Virus record (IMG/VR): IMGVR_UViG_3300043395_002432
Location: 32,001-96,000 of that record
Source: a virus
Length of the DNA: 64,000 bases
Direction: 5' to 3' (one strand)
The stretch's first letter is position 1; each line of letters opens with the position of its first letter. The position numbers and the translations under genes were made by a program. The notes under the pieces are model-generated. The model did not search any database. It was not told where the DNA came from and saw only the letters and a list, made by a program, of their open reading frames with translations. Of the stretch, positions 18,113 to 28,027 are shown piece by piece.

Positions 18113-18222
18113 CTTTTTCTCCAGGGTCGCTGCGAGGTTCGTTCCCCGCCCCCTGTATGTATCCCCCCCATGCCCCCGCGTCAGGCGCTCTCGGATGGCT
18201 TGACACGTTCTTTACAGGAATC

Positions 18223-18465
18223 TCATCTGCCCCGAACCGTCTCTTGGTGCGATTGAAGCCAGCCTTCTACCGCCTCGCTCGAAGCGAAGAGGTTGCGTAT
18301 CGTTGCGTTCCCTTTGTTCTCACTTACGACCTGAAGGATCAGAGAGACCCATTCCTCGGGCCTAAGTGGCTTCCCCGTTCGGGGATTCAGGGGGGTGTCT
18401 CTGAGTGCATTCAGGGTGTCCTCGGGGAGGACGAGAATGCTCAGGGCGCTTGGGGCTAAAGCCAC
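18223..18465 (-). CDS. Hypothetical protein
   Basis: GGAGG RBS; overlaps upstream stop. Confidence 0.5.
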   Translation of the reverse strand: MALAPSALSILVLPEDTLNALRDTPLNPRTGKPLRPEEWVSLILQVVSENKGNATIRNLFASSEAVEGWLQSHQETVRGR

Positions 18466-18926
18466 GAATCCTCCTCTGGCTCAGGCTCGTCGAAGTACAG
18501 GAAGGTGTCCCCCTCGACGTCGACGGGAGAGGGGTCAGCCGGGGCTGCCTGAATGTTCCCCTCAGGGGAATGGCCCTTGTAGAGAACCTGACTGCTGATC
18601 CGGTGAATCATGGAGATCGAAATCTCGTGCAAGAGCGCCCGAAGATCCGTGATTCGATTCGACCGAAGCTCGACCTCAGTCCCTCGCATGATCAGGATCT
18701 CCGCCACGCCAGGATCGGGCTGGACGATCCTCACCCCGTAGTCCAGATGAATCTCCATCCCGCTTGGTGCAGGAACGCACGAGGAGAAGACGTTGCGCCC
18801 CAGGATCTCCGCCAGCGTCGTGATCGTCCAGCCAAGATTGCCGTCGTGGATGAGGCTCTTGGGCGAATTCGACTTCGTTGGAACGGCAATCTGCGTGGGA
18901 GGCGGTGGAGGGGGGCGCTCGTGCAT
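18456..18926 (-). CDS. Hypothetical protein
   Basis: ORF in gene string; start uncertain. Confidence 0.5.
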   Translation of the reverse strand: MHERPPPPPPTQIAVPTKSNSPKSLIHDGNLGWTITTLAEILGRNVFSSCVPAPSGMEIHLDYGVRIVQPDPGVAEILIMRGTEVELRSNRITDLRALLHEISISMIHRISSQVLYKGHSPEGNIQAAPADPSPVDVEGDTFLYFDEPEPEEDSWL

Positions 18927-18967
18927 CTCCGCCCGCTCACGTTCGAGATCCCGAGGTGCGCGCCGTG

Positions 18968-19162
18968 TCAAGAGATCTCCTTGAAGCCAGGACAGCCCCC
19001 TGGGGTCTTGGTGGGGAAGCCCTCCTCGTCGAAACGACAGCTCAGCCTCCAGGCGTTGACCTCGGGCTTGCGGGCGATCTCGCACGTCAGGCTCTTCGTC
19101 CACGTCGCGTAGATACACTCGGTGCAATTCTTGGCGTGCAGGATCGGCTTCTCGTCAGGCAT
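18968..19162 (-). CDS. Small Cys-rich protein
   Basis: CTEC..C..C..CPGF; GGAGG RBS. Confidence 0.6.
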   Translation of the reverse strand: MPDEKPILHAKNCTECIYATWTKSLTCEIARKPEVNAWRLSCRFDEEGFPTKTPGGCPGFKEIS

Positions 19163-19181
19163 TGAACCTCCTCGAGATCCC

Positions 19182-20273
19182 TTAGTCGACTTCCTCTGCT
19201 CCTTCCCATGCCGACCACGGAAAGCCCTGCACCAAGGAGAGCCAACGACGCTGGGCCTGCGGCCCCTCCAGGGGAGCGTGCGGGAGGTAAGGGCGGCGGA
19301 GCGCGTTCGTCACGGAGGTCATGACGAACGTCTCCTCGGGCGTCCACGTCTCCTCGGGGAGGAACTTGTACCCTTGGTGCTGGAAGGCTTGCATCTCCAC
19401 ATGGAGCGCCATCCGGTCGATCCGAGCCATGCGATCAAAGTCCCACGGAGTAGGAACGCCGAGCGACTTCTTGATATGCCGATCCCACGCTTGGTGGACT
19501 TCCTTGAAGGGAACCACATGCACGATCCCCTGAACCACGCCCGCATGGATCATGGTGCGCGAATGCATCTTCCCAGGCAGATCCTTCAGGTACGCCTCGG
19601 GCGCGTCATGGAGCGCCGCCAGACGAATCTCATGCGCGCTCAGCCCCAAGAGCATCGCAATGTCCGCACAGAGGAGCGAATGCGCCCCAACGCTCCACGG
19701 AACCCCGCCCGCATACCGGGTCTCTCGAAAGAGGTGCTGCACCACGTCGGTGTAGATCCGAACCCACGTGCGCTCGGGGTGAAGGAGGTGAACCTCCACC
19801 CCAGAGCCGGTCGCCCAATCGAGCGAAGTCGACTTCGCTGGCTCGGGGATCTGGCTCACGAAGGTGGGGATCGGCATGAGATCCATCTCGGACGGACGAG
19901 GGTGCGCCGAGAGGAGTCGAAGGAGGTCGCTCTGCACCTCCTCCGAGAGACCGTCACGACGCGCATACACCAAAGCGTCCATCAGCTCCTCGCGGAAATC
20001 CTGCACGCCACGCCCGTCCCCATGCTGCACGGGACGACCGTACTTCAAGATCCCAAGCGCACGACGTGCCTCAAACTCTCGACGGAGCGCAGGGGGGATC
20101 TCAAGGCTCTCGAGGATCTCGAGCCAAACGTCACCAAAGCCCCCCTGTGGCGCAGGAGGGCCGAAGGGCAGGCAAGGTGAGGGGATCGCTGCCAGCGCGT
20201 CACGTTGGGCCGCTGACAGCCCCTGTGCAGCCTCTGGTGGGGCGAGGCGCGTGTAGAGGTCGAGTAGGGTCAT
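19182..20273 (-). CDS. Fusion: MazG-like all-alpha NTP pyrophosphatase + HD-domain (YfbR-like) deoxynucleotide phosphohydrolase
   Basis: N-terminal R..LG..KYG......GR...D.REEL.DA.VY; C-terminal RYAG....SVGAHS...ALHDAPEAY..D...D..AL..E. Confidence 0.75.
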   Translation of the reverse strand: MTLLDLYTRLAPPEAAQGLSAAQRDALAAIPSPCLPFGPPAPQGGFGDVWLEILESLEIPPALRREFEARRALGILKYGRPVQHGDGRGVQDFREELMDALVYARRDGLSEEVQSDLLRLLSAHPRPSEMDLMPIPTFVSQIPEPAKSTSLDWATGSGVEVHLLHPERTWVRIYTDVVQHLFRETRYAGGVPWSVGAHSLLCADIAMLLGLSAHEIRLAALHDAPEAYLKDLPGKMHSRTMIHAGVVQGIVHVVPFKEVHQAWDRHIKKSLGVPTPWDFDRMARIDRMALHVEMQAFQHQGYKFLPEETWTPEETFVMTSVTNALRRPYLPHAPLEGPQAQRRWLSLVQGFPWSAWEGAEEVD

Positions 20274-20290
20274 GGCATGGCTCCTTGAGG

Positions 20291-21184
20291 TCAGGTAGAC
20301 TTCGTCTTGCTCGTCACGGCTGGCGCTGAGATTGGGACGAGGGGAGGCGTCGTGGGTGAGCCAGCAGCGGCGGAGGTGTGCGTGTGGGTTGCGAAGAAGC
20401 TCAGAAAGCTCTCGTTCACCAAAGCGCGCATGATGCCCGTGTTGGGATCGCCCAGGTGAATGTTGCCGCTGATGATCGAGACCTTCCCGCTGCTCTGAAT
20501 GTTGACGGGGCCATGCGACATGATCGTTACGCCGTCGTCCACGGAGACCGAATTCGCCGCCCCTGAAGCTGACTTGCCGATCAGGTGGATCTTCCCGTCC
20601 TTCAGAAGGATCGTGCTGCCGTTCGCGTCCACGAGAGAGATCCCCTGCTCGCTGGCCTTGAGCTGAAGGTGCGACCCGTCAGAGGCACCAAGCAGGAACG
20701 TGCCATCCTGCTCTATCGTCAGGAACGCCCCCGAGGGATGCTCGATCAGAAGCTCGTTCGTGACCCCGTCGCTGAAGCGCAGCATGATCCCGCTCGGAGT
20801 GCGAATGCCACGATGCACTTGCGTCGCCGTCCGCGTCATGGAGGCGTGCGGCCCGGAAGCCTTCGGCCTTCCCCCGACGTAGATCGGTCGAGCTGCGTCC
20901 CCCTCCTCGAACTCGACGTAGATCACGTCGTCGATCTCGGGCAAGAAGTAGAAGCCATGCTCGTTTACGCCACCAAGCGAACCGGGACATACCCACGTCG
21001 GGTAGGGCTTGGTGCCAAACATGGGGAGAATGACTTGGACACGACCAAGCCCCTCAGGGTCGAGATTGTTGACGACCTTCGCCGGGTAGCGAGCGTAATA
21101 CCTGCCGAACTTCTCGACCCCGAACCGGCGAATCGTCTCCATGATGAAGTCAGCAGCCTCATTGGCCGTCTTCAGCAATCCCAT
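20291..21184 (-). CDS. Baseplate central spike (gpV / gp5 / Vgr OB-fold)
   Basis: DPEGLGRVQV..P, FLPEIDD..YVEFEEGD..RPIYVG, beta-helix repeats, C-terminal HTH metal-binding tip. Confidence 0.93.
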   Translation of the reverse strand: MGLLKTANEAADFIMETIRRFGVEKFGRYYARYPAKVVNNLDPEGLGRVQVILPMFGTKPYPTWVCPGSLGGVNEHGFYFLPEIDDVIYVEFEEGDAARPIYVGGRPKASGPHASMTRTATQVHRGIRTPSGIMLRFSDGVTNELLIEHPSGAFLTIEQDGTFLLGASDGSHLQLKASEQGISLVDANGSTILLKDGKIHLIGKSASGAANSVSVDDGVTIMSHGPVNIQSSGKVSIISGNIHLGDPNTGIMRALVNESFLSFFATHTHTSAAAGSPTTPPLVPISAPAVTSKTKST

Positions 21185-21212
21185 GCGCCCTCCGAATTCG
21201 ACTTCGTCGTCT

Positions 21213-22463
21213 CTATCCCGGCTTGGTGGGCAAGGTGTTCTGAGGTGCCGGTGCCTTCACCGGAGAAACCAGAATCGAATCGTAGTAGCGAGTGACCTCG
21301 AATTCCGACGTGTAGCCTGACTCCGAGACCTGATGCGTCACCTTCGTCACCGTGTACGCCCCGTCGAAGTACCGAGAGCAGCCCTTGATCTGCACCAACT
21401 CCCCTGGGAGCAGATTCGGGATGCCTATCGTAGAGCAGCTCGCCTGGAAGGACTCCGTGACCTTCGGGATCGAATTCTTGGCAAGCTGCTCCAGCGTCGA
21501 ATTCGGTACACCAAAGCCCGTCCCAGGAGGAGATACCTGCGTGGTCGCCCCCGTCTCGTCAGGCTGCATCGAGATCGAGATCTTGTTGCCCGTCTCAGGG
21601 TGGATCTGATCCTTTGGTGTGTCAGGTGCAGCGACAGCCTCTCCGTCCGCCAACGTCGACAGGGTCTCTCCTGACTTCGCCTCATACGACTGCACATTTC
21701 CGTCCATGTCCAGCCAAGCGCTGAGTGTACGATCCGACCCAGGCAAGATCATGACCTGCTGCGAGGTGCTGAAAGAGATCAGAGGATACTCGTTCAAGGC
21801 ACGATTGGGGACGCCCCACTTCACGAAGCTCCGAGAGGGCGGAAGGCTGAGCGAGTAAAGCTGCGGATAGACCGCCAGGACATTCCTGCCGTTGTCTTGA
21901 GAGTAGAAGTGAAAAGCCCGTTTGTACTTGTTGAGTAGATTGACAAGGCATGTCCAAAAACTCTCGCCATTCTGGTTCAACTCCAGAATCTCGACCTCTT
22001 CCGCACCAAGACTCGGCTTCCAGTCCACCTCCCAGCCCATGCGCTGACTCATCTCGAGGACGATGGATTGGAGCGTCCCCTTGTAGCTCTTGCTGGACGA
22101 ACGCCCCATTGCGAGCGCGCCTGCACCAAGACCGGTGAGGGAGATCTCGACCGTGTCCCCAAGCGTTACGTCGGGCTTCTGGATCAGACCTGCGTACCAT
22201 GCGGAGTAGAATCCCGACTCGGGGTATCCAAACTGCACCAAGAGGACGTTGTCCATCGCAAACAAGGTGCTTTCGAGGTACTCGATCCCGAGGTCGTAAG
22301 GCATTGCCAGCGAGATCTGGATCGTGTTGTTCTGCCCCTGCACGACCTCGACGCTGATCGACTGGAGGGCCACACCGCTGTTCGGCGTCCAGAGGTCATA
22401 GGTGCGATTGTCGATCCGGCTGTAGATCCGGGCCGACATGAAGATGCCGGTATGCGTGGGCAT
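21213..22463 (-). CDS. Baseplate hub protein (late control D / gp27-like)
   Basis: C-terminal IGIPNLLPGELVQIKG.S.YFDG.Y.VT.VTH......Y.S.F; precedes spike. Confidence 0.85.
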   Translation of the reverse strand: MPTHTGIFMSARIYSRIDNRTYDLWTPNSGVALQSISVEVVQGQNNTIQISLAMPYDLGIEYLESTLFAMDNVLLVQFGYPESGFYSAWYAGLIQKPDVTLGDTVEISLTGLGAGALAMGRSSSKSYKGTLQSIVLEMSQRMGWEVDWKPSLGAEEVEILELNQNGESFWTCLVNLLNKYKRAFHFYSQDNGRNVLAVYPQLYSLSLPPSRSFVKWGVPNRALNEYPLISFSTSQQVMILPGSDRTLSAWLDMDGNVQSYEAKSGETLSTLADGEAVAAPDTPKDQIHPETGNKISISMQPDETGATTQVSPPGTGFGVPNSTLEQLAKNSIPKVTESFQASCSTIGIPNLLPGELVQIKGCSRYFDGAYTVTKVTHQVSESGYTSEFEVTRYYDSILVSPVKAPAPQNTLPTKPG

Positions 22464-22472
22464 GGACGCTCC

Positions 22473-22994
22473 TCAGGAAACGAATTCGCCTGCACGGTGG
22501 ACGCTCCCCCCGCAGTCCAGGCGAAGACTGGCAGCCTGGATCGCTCGCTGCACGACCTGCATGCGGCGGGAGCCGTCCTCCTGCTCCCAGAGTCGCTTGG
22601 GCTGCGCCAAGAGGTAGCCCAGCGAGAGCTGTCCCCCGGTGCCAATGGCCCAGAAGGGCAGCGACACCTCGATCCACTGACGCCCCTCCAGCCGAAAGAT
22701 GCCTTCGCGGCGGGAGACGAGGACTTCCTCCCTCCCCGCGATCTCGAGGAGGAGGTCACGCAGCTTCTCAGGCGTCTCTACACGATCCCACGTCTGCCCC
22801 TTGACGGCTGCGAGGAAGGTCTCCTCTCGGGCCGCTTCCCTGGGATCGGTAGCACCAACGCAGAGCGTCGTCCCCTGATCCGTCAGCGCCACAATCCTCC
22901 GCAAGGGGTAGGTCAGCCCGCTCGGGCCAACCTGCTGAGAGTCGCTCGCCATTCCAAAACCATGCTTGGTGCGATACGCAACGACTACGGACAT
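22473..22994 (-). CDS. Ntn-hydrolase, proteasome/HslV-like protease subunit
   Basis: MS.VVA.......MASDSQ and WAIGTGG..SLG.L motifs. Confidence 0.75.
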   Translation of the reverse strand: MSVVVAYRTKHGFGMASDSQQVGPSGLTYPLRRIVALTDQGTTLCVGATDPREAAREETFLAAVKGQTWDRVETPEKLRDLLLEIAGREEVLVSRREGIFRLEGRQWIEVSLPFWAIGTGGQLSLGYLLAQPKRLWEQEDGSRRMQVVQRAIQAASLRLDCGGSVHRAGEFVS

Positions 22995-23043
22995 TCAACC
23001 CTCCAGGGGAGGAGCTTAGAGGGAACGAAGGAACGGAGCCAGA

Positions 23044-23634
23044 TCAGTTCACAAGCCCGCTGGCCACCTGATCAGAGCGAGTCTCTACCAAGCTCGCCTC
23101 CACCAAGAGCCACCCCATTGCAGAGGTCAGGCTGTTGATCCCAAGATCGTTCCGAACCGAGGGCAGATCTCCGTACTCACGCATGCAGTGCGGGAGGTAC
23201 TTCCGGCTGATCACCTCGATCCTCGTTTTGTCCGACGCCTCAGTCAGAACCGAGAGAACCGCAAGGACACCACCAAGATCCGGCTCCCTGAGCTTCAGCG
23301 AGAGGTACTTCAGCATCGTGTCCACACCAAGAGGGAAGCTCAGACGATACTCGGGGAACATTCCCTCCTCGTCCACCCAGGCGTGGGGAGCGTTCATGGG
23401 ACGCTGAGCAGAGTACTCGCTGGTGTGCCGAACGAGGACACGCCCCTTCACCCCCTGGCTCGAGTCCCCCTTGATCCGATGCTCCAGCCGCCCAAGATCC
23501 ACCTCCGTGAGCCGATACTCACACACCATGTCGGAGGAAGCGAAGAAGCTCTGCTTCGAGAGCCATTGGCGGAACGAGTCCCGCGTCATGGCGTAGAGCA
23601 GGTTGGCGTCGAGCGGGAACGTGAAGAGCTGCAT
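23044..23634 (-). CDS. Hypothetical protein
   Basis: GGAGG RBS before ATG 23634. Confidence 0.55.
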   Translation of the reverse strand: MQLFTFPLDANLLYAMTRDSFRQWLSKQSFFASSDMVCEYRLTEVDLGRLEHRIKGDSSQGVKGRVLVRHTSEYSAQRPMNAPHAWVDEEGMFPEYRLSFPLGVDTMLKYLSLKLREPDLGGVLAVLSVLTEASDKTRIEVISRKYLPHCMREYGDLPSVRNDLGINSLTSAMGWLLVEASLVETRSDQVASGLVN

Positions 23635-23659
23635 TGATCCTCCAATCGCCTCCTTGGTG

Positions 23660-23941
23660 CTACCGCAAGAGGCTCTCGCGCACATAACGCGGAGAGGGGA
23701 TGATGAGCGTCGTGCCATTGACGAGACCCGTGAGCGGATCGTCAATTCCATTCGCCACAAGGATCGGCCACCAAAGACGCGAGTTCTGGTAGTAGAGCGT
23801 TGCCAAGAGATCGATCCGATCCGTCGACCGCACTTGGTGCTGCAAGTCGTCCGCCTGAGGCTTGATCGAGCGATACGCAGGGATCGCGTAGTAGGCACGC
23901 CCGTCCTCGTCACGCTCCTGAATCGCGGGCTTCATCCACAT
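23660..23941 (-). CDS. LysM/Tail-X-like baseplate protein (gp53-like)
   Basis: DRIDLLA..YY....LWWPI..AN.I.DP......G..LIIP; follows tape measure. Confidence 0.88.
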   Translation of the reverse strand: MWMKPAIQERDEDGRAYYAIPAYRSIKPQADDLQHQVRSTDRIDLLATLYYQNSRLWWPILVANGIDDPLTGLVNGTTLIIPSPRYVRESLLR

Positions 23942-23944
23942 TCG

Positions 23945-26900
23945 TCACCTCCTCGGGGTCGCGGCGGCTGGCCCCTGCACGATGCCAGGGCGAGCAGAGG
24001 GGATCGCCTGAAGCTGCCCGCCTCGGATCGCGGAGAGAATGTCGCGCAAGACCGCCCGCGTCTGATCCCCCTCAGACTTGAGCTGAGCTATGATCCCCTG
24101 GGCATTCCCCTTAGCGAGGTTCGCGTCATAGGTCGCCTGAGCTGAAGCGTCCGACGAAGTCGAATTCGTTCCGGTGGTCTTGATCCCGAGAATGCTGCCA
24201 AGCGACAGGCTGCGGAACACGTCCGCAATCCCCTCAATCGTCGCCGTGACCTTCCCGAAGACGCCCACGAAGACGTCGAGGATCGACTCGAAGACCCCGT
24301 AGAGCGCGTCCGTCACGCTCCCAAAGTGATCCTGAACCAGCTCAGCGCCCTTCGAGAGGACAGCACCAATGGACTCCGCAATCCACTCGAAAGCAGACAC
24401 GACGGCAGCAGGGAAGCCTGTCACCAAGTCGTAGAAGACCTGAAAGCTCGTCTTCGCGTTGTTGACGAAGAGGCGGAACAGCGCAAGGAGCGGGGACTCC
24501 GCCGAGAAGAGCTTGTTGAACACCTCAATGAGCTTGTCCTTCAGCGACGTGACCGACTGAAAGATGGTGGCGAGAGAGATGAGGATCGTCTCCTTCGTTT
24601 GGGGCCAAGCTGCTACGAGCTTGTTGTAAAACGACGAGAAGGCGGTGACGGCTGCATCGATGTAAGAAGCGACGGTGGGCCAAATCTCCACCAAGTAGTC
24701 CCCGATCTCTTTGAGAGGATCGAAGGTGGCTGAGAGATTGCCCTGCGCTGTTGGTGCGAACACCCCACTCATCATGGCGTTGATGCTCATGAGCCAGCCG
24801 TAGAAGGGGTCGATGAGCGACGTCGCCTCGCTGATCGAGGAAGTGATCGAGTCCCACCAAGAGGTGCCTTGGGCTTCCTCGTCCCCACCCCAGAGCATCT
24901 TCAGCATGGCGAAGAGGGGAGAGACGAGCGGAAGGACGGTGCCGAGGCTGTCCTTGATGTTTCGAACGTAGAGGTCGAAATACTCCCCAGCCGTCTCCCC
25001 GAACGACTTGGCGAGGACGGAAGCCTCAGAGAGCCAATCCGTCAAGCTGGTGAGGTTCGGGATCGACGCCAGAACGAAGTCGAATGCGTCGCTCACCGCA
25101 CCAAAGAAGGTCTCGTCAAGGGATGCCCCAAGAGACTTCAGCCAGTCGTACACCTCACCAAAGGTCTGCTTGAAGGATGCCGCCTGCTCGAGCCACGCAT
25201 TCGATTCCTCCTCCCCGTAGAAGATCCTCGAGATCCAAGCGACGATCTCCACCCCCTTGTCGAAGAGGAACTCCGTGAGGTTCTCAATGGCGTAGGTCAG
25301 GACGTCCCGAATGCCAGAGATCACGGAGAACGTCATGGTGAACTGGCGCGTGATCCCATGCACCAAAGTCTCCATGAGGAACGACCCGAGCATGAGCCAA
25401 TTGTCCCCATTGGTGAAGGCGCTCCAGAGAGAGTCCTTCAGCCACGGAACCACGACCGAGAGAAGGCTCTTGGTGAGAGCGGCCCAAGGCACCTCGTCGA
25501 TCACACGCTCCACAATGTCCCGAACACGGAGGGCGAGATCCTTCGCCGTCCCGAGGAGGCCCATGAGAGCCGAGCCAAGCGGAGAGCTGGCGGACTCGCC
25601 GTTCAAGTAGGCACTCAGGGACGCCACGGCCAACGAGATCGAATTCGTGATCCGATCCGCGATCAGCTTGGGGTCGACCTCCATTGCCTTCTTGAGCTGC
25701 TCCGTGAGGAAGCCCTGAAGGAATTGGACACCTTCGAGAAGCGTGTCGCGGATCTTAGTGACAATGTTCTGCGCGATAGGGCCGAATGCCCCACTCATCG
25801 CCTCGTCCACCCCCCACATAGCAGCAGTCAGCGCACCAACTGCAACAACGACAGCACCGATCCCAATTCCCCACGGGCCAAGAGCGGCCAGCATGGGCGT
25901 CAGCATCCCGAACGGCCCACCCGCAAGAAGGAGGTTCTTCAGGTAGGTGAAGGGGACGAGCAAGTCGCTGACGTTGATCCCCACGGACGCAAGGAACTCG
26001 CTCAGGGGAGAGAACGCCTCCGAAGCTGCACCAATGGCAGAGATCGCCACGCTGAGCTTGCCCGTGTCACCGATGAAGGGCTGAAGGGCTGCAGCAAGCC
26101 CTCCTGACTGCATGAGCGAAGCCGCACGCGTGAGCTTCGAGAGCGTGTCGTTCACCCCAGCGATCTGCTCCTGTGAAGCACCAAGTGACTGAAGCTGCTT
26201 GGTGAAGAGATCCAGCCCCTTCCCAGCCGCCAGGGTCTTGACCGCTGCTCCGACCTCCGCATACGCCGCACGCTGGCTCTTCACGAATTCGCGTGCATCT
26301 GGGTACGCAATGCTCTTGAACGTATGCTCGAAATTCTCCTTGATTCGCGCAAGCTGATCGTCAAGCGTCAAGCCCGTGCGATAGCCCTCCTTCCCAAGCT
26401 CTCTGAGGCTCTTGATCCCGCCCTCAATGGGCTTCTGCATCGCCTCCAGGGCCGCGACCGCGTTGTCGCCCGCCTCGAAGAAGTACTCGAAGCCGGGGCC
26501 AAGCTCTTGCGTTACCGTGTCGGACAATTGTTGAAGGAGGACGTCGTTTCGCGGCCCACCTTTCTTGAGATCCGAGTAGAGCTTCGTCATGTTCTTTGCG
26601 AAAGTCAGCGGATCGTCTGTTCCCTTCTTGAGCGCGTCCATCGCCTCAGAGAAGCCTCCAGGGAGGCCAACAGCGAGCTTCTGCAAGAGTGGGCCGAACT
26701 CGCCATCAATGCCCGCCATCATCTTGGGCAGGACGTTCGCATTCTCGGAGAGATTCTTGAAGAGGTCTATGGCGTGGGTGAGGTTCTCCTGCTGCGTCCC
26801 ACCAATGGCCGTGGTCATGGCCGCACCAAGTCGGGTCGCGGACAGGATCATCTTCTGGACGGCTTCCGGCCCCTCCGCCTTCAGCGTCGTGGCGAATGCC

Positions 26901-27661
26901 TCGTCCATCGTCGTCATCATCCCAACCAAGCCACCAAAGGCTTCCGTGCCAATGCCGAGCGCGGTGACCTGCTTCGTGAAGGTGTCGAGGAAGCCGACCG
27001 CCCCCTCCTTGGTGAAGCCATACGAACGAGTGAGGTTCGTGAAGACGTTGCCAAGATCCTCACCTGAGAGACCCGTGACCTCGAGAACCCTTCCGAGATC
27101 CTGCAAGCCGTTCAGTCCGAGATCCTCTGGTGTGATCCCGACCTTCCGCAAGGCAAGGAAGTTCTTTCCAAGCTCGCCTGCGTCCATGTTGAGCGAGCGC
27201 GCCGCACTGGAGATCTGCCCCTCGGCGCGGCGCAGCTCCTTCCCGAAGAGGCCCGCATTCGCAGCCATTCCTGCGAAGCCCTTATCGAATTGGATCGCAG
27301 CCTGTGTGATGCTGGAGACGAATTGCCCCCGGCTCTCACTGAGCTTGTTGATCAGGTCTTGCGCCTTGTCGAACGGAGCGCGCACCAAGTCCGTGGGGTC
27401 GAGCGCGTCGAAGAGCTTGGCGAGCTTAGTGACCGCCGTCTCACCGTCGTTCGCCAGACGAGTCGCGTCGTCAGAAGCTCCCCTGAGGGCGCTGCTGGTG
27501 TTTTTGATCGCCCTGGTGCTTCCCTTCGAAGCAGAAGCAACGCCACTGAGCATGCTCTGGATCGAAGCGTTCAGATCGCTGATCGACGTGTTCAGCGCAG
27601 CGACGTTCTTGTTGAACGCCTTCGTGTTCGCTGAGAAGTTATAGCCGAGTCCGATCCGCAT
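23945..27661 (-). CDS. Tail tape measure protein
   Basis: 1238 aa, Ala/Gly/Leu-rich helical, central hydrophobic segment, periodic F/W; lies between chaperone and baseplate genes. Confidence 0.9.
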   Translation of the reverse strand: MRIGLGYNFSANTKAFNKNVAALNTSISDLNASIQSMLSGVASASKGSTRAIKNTSSALRGASDDATRLANDGETAVTKLAKLFDALDPTDLVRAPFDKAQDLINKLSESRGQFVSSITQAAIQFDKGFAGMAANAGLFGKELRRAEGQISSAARSLNMDAGELGKNFLALRKVGITPEDLGLNGLQDLGRVLEVTGLSGEDLGNVFTNLTRSYGFTKEGAVGFLDTFTKQVTALGIGTEAFGGLVGMMTTMDEAFATTLKAEGPEAVQKMILSATRLGAAMTTAIGGTQQENLTHAIDLFKNLSENANVLPKMMAGIDGEFGPLLQKLAVGLPGGFSEAMDALKKGTDDPLTFAKNMTKLYSDLKKGGPRNDVLLQQLSDTVTQELGPGFEYFFEAGDNAVAALEAMQKPIEGGIKSLRELGKEGYRTGLTLDDQLARIKENFEHTFKSIAYPDAREFVKSQRAAYAEVGAAVKTLAAGKGLDLFTKQLQSLGASQEQIAGVNDTLSKLTRAASLMQSGGLAAALQPFIGDTGKLSVAISAIGAASEAFSPLSEFLASVGINVSDLLVPFTYLKNLLLAGGPFGMLTPMLAALGPWGIGIGAVVVAVGALTAAMWGVDEAMSGAFGPIAQNIVTKIRDTLLEGVQFLQGFLTEQLKKAMEVDPKLIADRITNSISLAVASLSAYLNGESASSPLGSALMGLLGTAKDLALRVRDIVERVIDEVPWAALTKSLLSVVVPWLKDSLWSAFTNGDNWLMLGSFLMETLVHGITRQFTMTFSVISGIRDVLTYAIENLTEFLFDKGVEIVAWISRIFYGEEESNAWLEQAASFKQTFGEVYDWLKSLGASLDETFFGAVSDAFDFVLASIPNLTSLTDWLSEASVLAKSFGETAGEYFDLYVRNIKDSLGTVLPLVSPLFAMLKMLWGGDEEAQGTSWWDSITSSISEATSLIDPFYGWLMSINAMMSGVFAPTAQGNLSATFDPLKEIGDYLVEIWPTVASYIDAAVTAFSSFYNKLVAAWPQTKETILISLATIFQSVTSLKDKLIEVFNKLFSAESPLLALFRLFVNNAKTSFQVFYDLVTGFPAAVVSAFEWIAESIGAVLSKGAELVQDHFGSVTDALYGVFESILDVFVGVFGKVTATIEGIADVFRSLSLGSILGIKTTGTNSTSSDASAQATYDANLAKGNAQGIIAQLKSEGDQTRAVLRDILSAIRGGQLQAIPSARPGIVQGPAAATPRR

Positions 27662-27766
27662 ACGAGCCTATAGCCAACGAATTCGAATGCACCAAGCCAG
27701 TGTCAAGGATCTGTCAGGGTGGGAGAGAAGGAGGGGAAGGGGATCGGGGGGTGCTTAGCTTGAAGC

Positions 27767-28018
27767 ATGCTCAAGACCTACGTCGTGTTCCGTCTCCACG
27801 AGATGCCTCAAGAAGTGAAAGACGCCCTCCTTCGCATGTGGCGAGATCGCTGCTACACAAACGGGTGCTTCGTCGCGTACCGCGAGTGGTACGACGGGAA
27901 TCCAAAACCCGGATCAGATCGGAGTATTGTGGAGGCTTGGCTGCTGCAATCCCCGCATCTGGCGGGGATCATGGACGGCGTGGAGTGTCCTGACGTTCTG
28001 ATCCATTACTGTTGGTGA
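27767..28018 (+). CDS. Hypothetical protein (plus-strand island gene 1)
   Basis: First of three tightly coupled plus-strand ORFs filling the gap in minus-strand coding. Confidence 0.55.
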   Translation: MLKTYVVFRLHEMPQEVKDALLRMWRDRCYTNGCFVAYREWYDGNPKPGSDRSIVEAWLLQSPHLAGIMDGVECPDVLIHYCW

Positions 28019-28027
28019 GGTGAGAAA

